A stretch of 32,000 bases of DNA from Vibrio alginolyticus NBRC 15630 = ATCC 17749 (lineage in GTDB: Bacteria > Pseudomonadota > Gammaproteobacteria > Enterobacterales > Vibrionaceae): positions 1,590,001 to 1,622,000 of the forward strand of contig NC_022359.1 of NCBI RefSeq assembly GCF_000354175.2, read 5' to 3'. Below the pieces are notes generated by a model. The model saw nothing but the letters and a program-made list of their open reading frames with translations, ran no database searches and had not been told where the DNA came from. This document shows positions 8,110-14,670 of this stretch, piece after piece (the first letter of the stretch is position 1; each line of letters begins with the position of its first letter). The translations under genes and the position numbers were made by a program.

Positions 8110-8316
8110 CTTAAAGCAAGTAATTAGGCCACGTGTAACGTGGATACCTCACCCCATGAATAAAACTGTGCCTGAACCGCATAGGCAGAAAATACGGGTA
8201 CTAACCCCACCCTAATACGGCAGCATAAGTGCCCTAAGCGCAGCTTTAAAAGAAACCCCACTAGAATTTTAAGGAGGTAAGACATTATGGTTAAAAGGAG
8301 AGTTTTCTCTTTTCTA

Positions 8317-9329
8317 TCATGATGCCTTCTCCAAACATCGAAATAATCTATCTTCAAATTGGTCATCTAGACCGGAAGAGATCAGTTCTAGGCGGCTTTC
8401 TGAACACTCGTCTAGTTCAAACTCTGTGAGTCCATCTGATGTTAGATTGTAACCAAAAATACCGCTTCCCGTGATAAAAACCGCTTTCATTCGTTCGACC
8501 TTGAGGTCGAGCAGCAATAATCTCAGCTTTTGATGATCGAACACGTTTTCAGCGGATATACGCCAACCGATACTGTAGAAACCTTCCCCCTGATTGGTTG
8601 CTTTTAGAATGCCGCTCTCAGGCATAGGCAACTCAGGAACAAGTGACTTTTTCTCTCTTTCACGATAAAGAACAGAGGGCGTTTTTTGCACGTCAATACG
8701 AGTCGCTCCCTCACATTCATGAAAAGGGATAGCGCCATGTTCAGCGAAAATCACTTTTGTTTCCCGCAGACCGAGCTTTGCTATATAAGCCGTCAGCTTT
8801 TGCTCATCTTCATCTTGATAGAGATCGCGCTTATTACCTACCACTGTATCTGCGATAGTGATTTGCTGGTTAAACGTTTCATGCTCAGTGTACTTAGGAT
8901 CCGATAGTTTACGTGCATCGACTAAAGTAATGTTTTTTTGCAAAGCGAGAATTTGACGATAATACTCGGTCGATAGCACTTGCAGTACTTCTTTAGGATG
9001 ACCAAGGCCTGTAGGTTCAATCAACAATCGATCTGGCCTTGCTTCAGACAATAATTGATTTAAGGCGATTTGCATCGGAAGACCTGCTGCACAGCACATA
9101 CATCCCCCGGGGACCTCTCGAATAAACACTTGGTCTTGTTGTTTTTTTGGCCTTGTAACAAGCTGCCATCAATACCAACTTCGCCAAATTCATTGACCAA
9201 TACAGCCCAACGTTCATGACTCGGTTTATGGGTCAATAAGTGCATTATTGCCGATGTTTTCCCCACCCCGAGAAAGCCAGTGATGATGTTAGTCGGCACT
9301 CGCGAAATCAGTGGCTTATTAAAGTTCAT
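8317..9329 (-). pseudogene. COG0523 G3E GTPase (short YjiA/YeiR-like form) interrupted by a 1-nt frameshift at an A7 run
   Basis: Two overlapping ORFs. The N-terminal piece (9060..9329) carries P-loop GFLGVGKT. The C-terminal piece (8317..9129) carries GGCMCCAAG (CxCC), EPTGLG and GNKRDL. The total of 1013 nt is one short of a multiple of 3. The frames join at T7 9142-9148 on the plus strand (A7 in the gene sense). Confidence 0.75.
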
Positions 9330-9879
9330 TGGCAATTCTCCGGTAGCCTTGGACTAGTTCATGGTTGGCAGAAACGACGGATTCGGAAAAAGCTGAATAT
9401 TCTGGCGGCACTTTAGAGATACTCTCTAAATCAAAACCGACACCAATATTGGTCATCGGTGGTACATGGAAATAAGCGGGTAAATCGAGGCCATCGACGA
9501 CACAGTTATGACGAATAACACACCTCTCACCGATGACGCTATTGAACACGACGGAGTTGAAGCCAATGAAAACATCATCACAAACCTGGCAAGGACCATG
9601 AATAATCGAACGATGAGCAATGGATGAGCGCTCACCAATGGTCACCGCAGCCCCTGCCTTAGAGTGAATTACGACACCATCTTGGATATTGGTGTCACGT
9701 TTGATGACGATAGCTTCCATGTCTCCATGGTTATTAACTTCGTCAGCTCGAATAACAGCATAGGGTCCAATAAAAACGTTATCCTCAATAATGACTTTGC
9801 CACAGATAATAGCGGTTGGATCGATAAAGGCTGTTGAGGACACCTGTGGCATATGGCCCGTTGGGTTTCTTCTTAACAT
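9319..9879 (-). CDS. Gamma-class carbonic anhydrase-like hexapeptide-repeat (LbH) protein, 186 aa
   Basis: Left-handed beta-helix hexapeptide periodicity. His pattern VVIHS ... IAHRSIIHGP matches gamma-CA/YrdA-type metal ligands. The stop codon region overlaps the downstream COG0523 ATG by 11 nt. Confidence 0.8.
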   Translation of the reverse strand: MLRRNPTGHMPQVSSTAFIDPTAIICGKVIIEDNVFIGPYAVIRADEVNNHGDMEAIVIKRDTNIQDGVVIHSKAGAAVTIGERSSIAHRSIIHGPCQVCDDVFIGFNSVVFNSVIGERCVIRHNCVVDGLDLPAYFHVPPMTNIGVGFDLESISKVPPEYSAFSESVVSANHELVQGYRRIANEL

Positions 9880-9923
9880 AATGCTTCCAGTTTGTTTATG
9901 GCTCTTTTTTTACGGTCAGCGAC

Positions 9924-11258
9924 TTAACGATTGAAGGATAAACGCATCGCTCCAGCTGGTTTATCGATGACTTTGTTATTGGCATAAACTAGCGCGCCAT
10001 TGACCCAAGTCTTTTGAATTTGAGCTGAAAATTCATGTCCAGCAAAAGGCGACCAACCACAATGATATAAACTGTTTTCGTTGCTAACTCGTGTTGGGGT
10101 ATGAGCATCAACCAACACCAAATCGGCGTAGTAACCTTCACGGATAAAACCTCGGCCTTGAATGCCATAGCGAATGGCCGGGTTGTGCGCAGTTTTTTCG
10201 ACTACTTGAGTCAAACTCATATGACCTAAACGGACATGCTCGAAGAGAGTAAGTAACGCATGCTGAACTAACGGCAGTCCGGCTGGAGCCTGCTCGTAAG
10301 GCACTTGTTTTTCTTGCCAAGTGTGAGGAGCGTGGTCTGTTGCAATGATATCTATTTGCCCCGTATTTAACGCTTTTAACAACGCATCGCGGTCACTAGG
10401 AAACTTGATTGAAGGATTACATTTGATCAAGTTACCAAGAGCGCCATAATCTTTGTTGCTGAACCAAAGATGGTGAACACAAGCCTCCGCGGTGATTGAT
10501 TTGTCTCGAATGTCTCCCTCGTCAAAAAGTGCTAGCTCCTTCGCCGTTGTGATGTGCAGCACATGCAGTTGGCTGTGATACTTTTTGGCAAGTTCTACCG
10601 CATAAGAAGATGAAGCGTAACAGGCCTCTTCGTCACGCAAAATGGGATGGTCTTCGATAGTGAAACCTGGCTTCTTAAGCCTTTGCTTTTGCTGGTTTTG
10701 TTTAATAACAGTCCCACTTTCACAATGAGTAACAATGAGTACTGGAGAGTCACGAAAAATTGACTCTAACGCTTGCGGATCTTCGACTAACAAATTTCCT
10801 GTTGATGCCCCCATAAATACTTTCACACCACAATGTTGTTTGGGGTTAAGTTGTTTAATCTGTTCAAGATTGTCTTCGGTTGCACCGAGGTAGAAAGAAT
10901 AATTCGCAAACGAGCTTTCTTTAGCGAGAGCGAACTTGCGCTCTAACGAGTCAATAGTCGTTGTAGCCGGACTAACATTGGGCATTTCCATGTAGCTTGT
11001 AATACCGCCGGCCACCGCTGCCCGCGACTCACTTGCAATTGTGCCTTTATGTGTCAGCCCAGGTTCTCGGAAATGCACTTGATCGTCAATCATGCCTGGC
11101 AGTAAGTAAGCCCCTTTAGCATCAATTACAATATCTCCGTGTTGTACGGATATATTAGTAGCAATCTTGTCAATTCTTTGATCAACAATACGTAAATCTG
11201 TTTCGGTAATGGCTCTTTCGTTGACCACCCGAGCGTTTTTAATCAATGTTGCTGACAT
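9924..11258 (-). CDS. Type I (long, about 444 aa) dihydroorotase, PyrC2-type amidohydrolase
   Basis: Blocks MIDDQVHFREPGLTHKG, GVKVFMGAS, IVTHCE, LHVLHITT and IATDHAPH are typical of long DHOases. The gene is co-oriented in the Zur-box operon. Confidence 0.85.
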   Translation of the reverse strand: MSATLIKNARVVNERAITETDLRIVDQRIDKIATNISVQHGDIVIDAKGAYLLPGMIDDQVHFREPGLTHKGTIASESRAAVAGGITSYMEMPNVSPATTTIDSLERKFALAKESSFANYSFYLGATEDNLEQIKQLNPKQHCGVKVFMGASTGNLLVEDPQALESIFRDSPVLIVTHCESGTVIKQNQQKQRLKKPGFTIEDHPILRDEEACYASSSYAVELAKKYHSQLHVLHITTAKELALFDEGDIRDKSITAEACVHHLWFSNKDYGALGNLIKCNPSIKFPSDRDALLKALNTGQIDIIATDHAPHTWQEKQVPYEQAPAGLPLVQHALLTLFEHVRLGHMSLTQVVEKTAHNPAIRYGIQGRGFIREGYYADLVLVDAHTPTRVSNENSLYHCGWSPFAGHEFSAQIQKTWVNGALVYANNKVIDKPAGAMRLSFNR

Positions 11259-11283
11259 AATTCATTCTTTTAGATAATTTGAA

Positions 11284-11308
11284 AAGGTGGCCAATACTCG
11301 GTCACCTT
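11284..11308 (-). terminator. Weak hairpin between zur and the dihydroorotase gene (possible internal attenuator)
   Basis: Minus-strand RNA AAGGTGACC-gagtatt-GGCCACCTT has 8 bp with 1 mismatch, followed by TTCAAATTATC. The T-run is weak. Confidence 0.3.
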
Positions 11309-11340
11309 GTGAAGCTATAAGGGGAGATCGTGTGTCTGCC

Positions 11341-11811
11341 TCATAGGGGGCGGTTTGCGCATTCATCGCAAACACAGGAAATCTCAAATTGTGGGCTAAG
11401 AACGGTGAAGCCTTCTTGTATGGCTTTCGCACATACGCTAGAAATAACATTGGCTTCAACCGCTATTTCACTAACCTTTCCACACTGAGAGCAAATCAAA
11501 AACTGTGGAACGCCATGCTCCTGATCGCACGCGATTTGAGAACAAACGACGTATTTACTAGATGTATTGAGCTTATGGACAAAGTGCTCTGCTTCAAGGA
11601 AATCGAGTATTCGATAAACCGACATCGCTTGAATGTTTTGAGAAAAGTTGTGATTGCAGTAGTCAACTAGTTCGTAGGCAGAAAGCGGCTTCTCCGCATA
11701 TAGCAGTGAAGTCAGTATCAATTTCCGTTTAGTAGTGAGTTGTTTACCTCGCAGCAGGCAGATTTTCTCTACCTGCTTCATGACGTCATCTACCGTTTTG
11801 AGCTTTCTCAT
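11341..11811 (-). CDS. zur: Zinc uptake regulator Zur (Fur family), 156 aa
   Basis: QVEKICLLRGKQLTTKRKLILTSL aligns with E. coli Zur AQAEKICAQRNVRLTPQRLEVLRLM. Winged-helix block SVYRILDFLEAEHFVHK; CxxC pairs CSQC and CDEC. Start set to ATG 11811, because the track ORF N-terminus overlaps the upstream gene. Confidence 0.8.
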   Translation of the reverse strand: MRKLKTVDDVMKQVEKICLLRGKQLTTKRKLILTSLLYAEKPLSAYELVDYCNHNFSQNIQAMSVYRILDFLEAEHFVHKLNTSSKYVVCSQIACDQEHGVPQFLICSQCGKVSEIAVEANVISSVCAKAIQEGFTVLSPQFEISCVCDECANRPL

Positions 11812-11815
11812 ATCT

Positions 11816-12484
11816 CTAGATGAAATCCAATGTGAGTAGTAAGCGACGTTCATTGTCTGCAACATGTGGAGAGCGATGTATAAGTCCAGTGGCTTCATTG
11901 CCTTCCCAACCACTTCCTTTGAGCAGGGCAACATCGCCAGGCTGCATTCGTCGTATGGCACTTTCAGAGTCGTATAAGCCCGATAGGTGATCAGGTTGAC
12001 CAAGACTACCGGCACCGAGTTTAGTGCGATCAATGGTATCGTTGGTTAACCATTCGGTCGCTCGGCCGGTATAAGTTATGACAAGTCTGCAAGGCACACG
12101 ATCAAAGTGAAATTTCGGGCACATCGGGCTGTCTAGGCGAGTTAGCCTCAAACCTGCTTCTTTAACCTCAAACAAACAGCAGAACATATCGACGATTAAA
12201 GCAACATCTTCACTCAGCGCATCAGCACACGCATAGCCCTTTAACTTGCTTCGTACCCATTGTGCAGCATCATCTGGCGTGACACTTTGTACCAGTGCCA
12301 ATCTAGGCTCCTGTGCCAGCATCAGATTAATGTCCTTCGTCAACTCTTTCGAGAGCGTTCGCTGCCATATGGCAATATTGTGCTCTGGTTTGTAGATGTC
12401 GCTAAGTATGTTCGCTGCTGTCGATATCGCCAACGATGATGTTGTTTGGACACGAAGCGGGTTCTCAACTACATCAATGCTCAT
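11816..12484 (-). CDS. DUF1826-like conserved protein of unknown function, 222 aa
   Basis: Block CPKFHFDRVPCRLVITYTGRATEWL ... LIHRSP recalls the DUF1826 family. SD GGGAGGA precedes ATG 12484. The stop lies 4 nt before the zur ATG. Confidence 0.55.
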   Translation of the reverse strand: MSIDVVENPLRVQTTSSLAISTAANILSDIYKPEHNIAIWQRTLSKELTKDINLMLAQEPRLALVQSVTPDDAAQWVRSKLKGYACADALSEDVALIVDMFCCLFEVKEAGLRLTRLDSPMCPKFHFDRVPCRLVITYTGRATEWLTNDTIDRTKLGAGSLGQPDHLSGLYDSESAIRRMQPGDVALLKGSGWEGNEATGLIHRSPHVADNERRLLLTLDFI

Positions 12485-12733
12485 ATATCTTCCTCCCAAG
12501 CGTTAAAAAGGTCAGGTAAAGGTTTTAATAACGTTGATTTTCTAGGGCTATGAGACCTAGTAATCGTTACGATTTCGCTCTAGTTCACGGACATATTGAC
12601 ACAGTCCCACCCCATGTAGAGTCAAGTCAGACAACGCTTGTGAAGAAATCAACGTTTACTCTCTCTCAATAGGAGACTACTGGTTGTGAGATCAATTCTT
12701 TAAACAACAAATTGTAGAGCCCCAAACAAAGTA

Positions 12734-12751
12734 ATGTTATAACATAACAAT
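12734..12751. promoter_or_regulatory. Zur operator 4 (ATGTTATAACATAACAAT)
   Basis: Exact copy of operator 2. It lies 249 nt upstream of the DUF1826 ATG and 51 nt upstream of an 18-codon plus-strand ORF. Confidence 0.75.
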
Positions 12752-12823
12752 TAATCTTTTCAATATTTACCTTTTTTGATTAAAAATAATTAGGGGAACA
12801 TCATGAGCATGCGAGCACGGAAA

Positions 12824-13618
12824 TTATATTCCGCGATTAGAAAAGTAACGCGTAGGTGAATCGCCATAGACCCGACGAAACATCGCGATAAAGTTGCTGG
12901 GCGTCGAATAACCCAAAGCATGTGCAACCGCTCCTACAGATTCCCCTCGAGCTATCATTTCTAATGAATGTATTAGCAGTACTTGTTGCCGCCATTCATT
13001 AAAACTCATGTTTAACTCACTTCGAATCAATCGTCTTAACGTCCGAGATGAGACTGCCCCAATATTGGCCCAATGCTCCACAGAATGTTTGCTGTTTGGG
13101 TCTATTAAAATTGCTTGAGTAACTTTTTGCAGTCTCGGATCTCTGGGCAGCGGGATGTGGAGTGACTCATGAGGGCTATTGACGATTTCATCGGATATTA
13201 CGGCAAGAATACGTAAAGACTGTATGGATAGATCGTCTGTTTTGCTCCATATCGATGCTCTAACCGATAGGGCTTTCAACACATCGCTCATTTGGATAAC
13301 ACAAGGTCTCATTGGAAACCGCTCACAACTCTCTGGAGTAAACAGTAATGAACGACCTTTCAGAGAACCACAAAAATAAACACTGTGCATCGCACCCGGG
13401 GGGATCCAACCAGCTCGGTGAGGTGGTAGTATCCACGTTCCTTCATCGGTTTTGACCTGAATTAGCCCTTCATCTATACACAGTAACTGGCCTCGATGAT
13501 GACTGTGCCAATTATGTGGCCGTTGATCCAAATGGTTGAAGTCGCTCCTTTCATGCTGCCACTCCTTAACGATCAGTGCGGCGCCATTTTTCCATTCGCT
13601 GTAATCAGAGTTTGTCAC
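12824..13618 (-). CDS. AraC-family transcriptional regulator with N-terminal cupin domain, 264 aa
   Basis: C-terminal HTH ALGYSTPSNFIAMFRRVYGDSPTRYF and a cupin-like N-terminus. Divergent from the TauE/SafE gene. Confidence 0.85.
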   Translation of the reverse strand: MTNSDYSEWKNGAALIVKEWQHERSDFNHLDQRPHNWHSHHRGQLLCIDEGLIQVKTDEGTWILPPHRAGWIPPGAMHSVYFCGSLKGRSLLFTPESCERFPMRPCVIQMSDVLKALSVRASIWSKTDDLSIQSLRILAVISDEIVNSPHESLHIPLPRDPRLQKVTQAILIDPNSKHSVEHWANIGAVSSRTLRRLIRSELNMSFNEWRQQVLLIHSLEMIARGESVGAVAHALGYSTPSNFIAMFRRVYGDSPTRYFSNRGI

Positions 13619-13740
13619 TTTATTTACTCAATTCCATTTTGGCCATTATTCATTATTTTCTGTCCTCTTAACGTTACCATAGCAAGTTAGCGTTCGAGTA
13701 ACATTTTAGCAACGACCATTTTATCGAAGGCAGAACCATC

Positions 13741-14547
13741 ATGAACGAACCTATCTTTATTATCTATTACATTACGGCAGGCTTGGGCATTGGCTTTCTC
13801 GCAGGACTCGTTGGTGTGGGTGGTGGTGGAATGGCCGTCCCTATTTTTGCGTTTCTATTTTCACTACAGGGAATAGCTGATACGGAAGTAGTGCATCTTG
13901 CGTTGGGGACATCAATGGCTTCGATGATTGTTACAACATTGGGCAGCATGCGCGCTCACTACAAAAAAGAGAATGTAGACTCGACAATGGTAGTAAAAAT
14001 GTTGAGCGGAGTTCTAGTCGGAACATTTTGCGCCACATTCGTAGCATCGTATCTACGAGGCGTCTATCTGGCAGGCTTTTTCAGCGTATTCATGTTGTAT
14101 GTTGCTTATAAGATGTTCCTCAACACTGAAAATGAGTACAACCCTAACCCACATGGGGCTATCGGTAATATCACTGTAGGCTCGGTCATTGGCTCTGTAT
14201 CAGCACTTGTCTCTATAAGCGGTGCGGGGTTGATCATCCCCTATCTTGTCCAGCAAAATTTTGAAGTAAAACGTGCTATTGGAACCTCTGCTGCGATAGG
14301 TTTCCCTATCGCGCTGTCAGGAAGCCTCGGTTACATGTTAAACGGATGGGAAAATACAGATTGGAACAACTTAGTCTTAGGATACATATACCTTCCTGCA
14401 ATGCTCAGCTTCTCCATTAGTAGCTACTTAACTACTAGCCTCGGCGTACGTTGTGCAGAGTATTTCCCAAATAAAGTTCTTAAGAAAATCGTTGGTATTT
14501 TGTGTGTTCTTCTAAGTTTCAAAATGTTGGTACAAGTACTTAGTTAG
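13741..14547 (+). CDS. TauE/SafE (DUF81) family anion exporter, 268 aa
   Basis: Polytopic membrane protein with the typical N-terminal GFLAGLVGVGGGGMAVP motif. Confidence 0.85.
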   Translation: MNEPIFIIYYITAGLGIGFLAGLVGVGGGGMAVPIFAFLFSLQGIADTEVVHLALGTSMASMIVTTLGSMRAHYKKENVDSTMVVKMLSGVLVGTFCATFVASYLRGVYLAGFFSVFMLYVAYKMFLNTENEYNPNPHGAIGNITVGSVIGSVSALVSISGAGLIIPYLVQQNFEVKRAIGTSAAIGFPIALSGSLGYMLNGWENTDWNNLVLGYIYLPAMLSFSISSYLTTSLGVRCAEYFPNKVLKKIVGILCVLLSFKMLVQVLS

Positions 14548-14670
14548 AGCAAATAACACGGTCACTAGTAGGCCTTGCACTATGGTGAAAGGATAAGCCT
14601 GCAAAAACTTACTTCTCGCTTTGCTGGTCCAAGCACACAATGTGTAAGAAAGCTCCTCATTGTTGCACTC

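Noticed and set aside
8124-8316. 193-bp spacer with the short hairpin CCACGT-gta-ACGTGG, an 11-codon ORF with a strong SD (AAGGAGG at about 8273-8279, ATG 8287) and an 80-aa minus-strand ORF
   Set aside because: The hairpin lacks a U-tract. The micro-ORF runs into the convergent COG0523 3' end and has no distinguishing features. The 80-aa ORF overlaps the COG0523 C-terminus out of frame. No call is supportable.
11812-12033. Long N-terminal extension of Zur overlapping the DUF1826 gene
   Set aside because: The E. coli Zur alignment begins near MRKLKTVDDVMKQVEKIC. The extension would overlap 218 nt of the upstream CDS in another frame.
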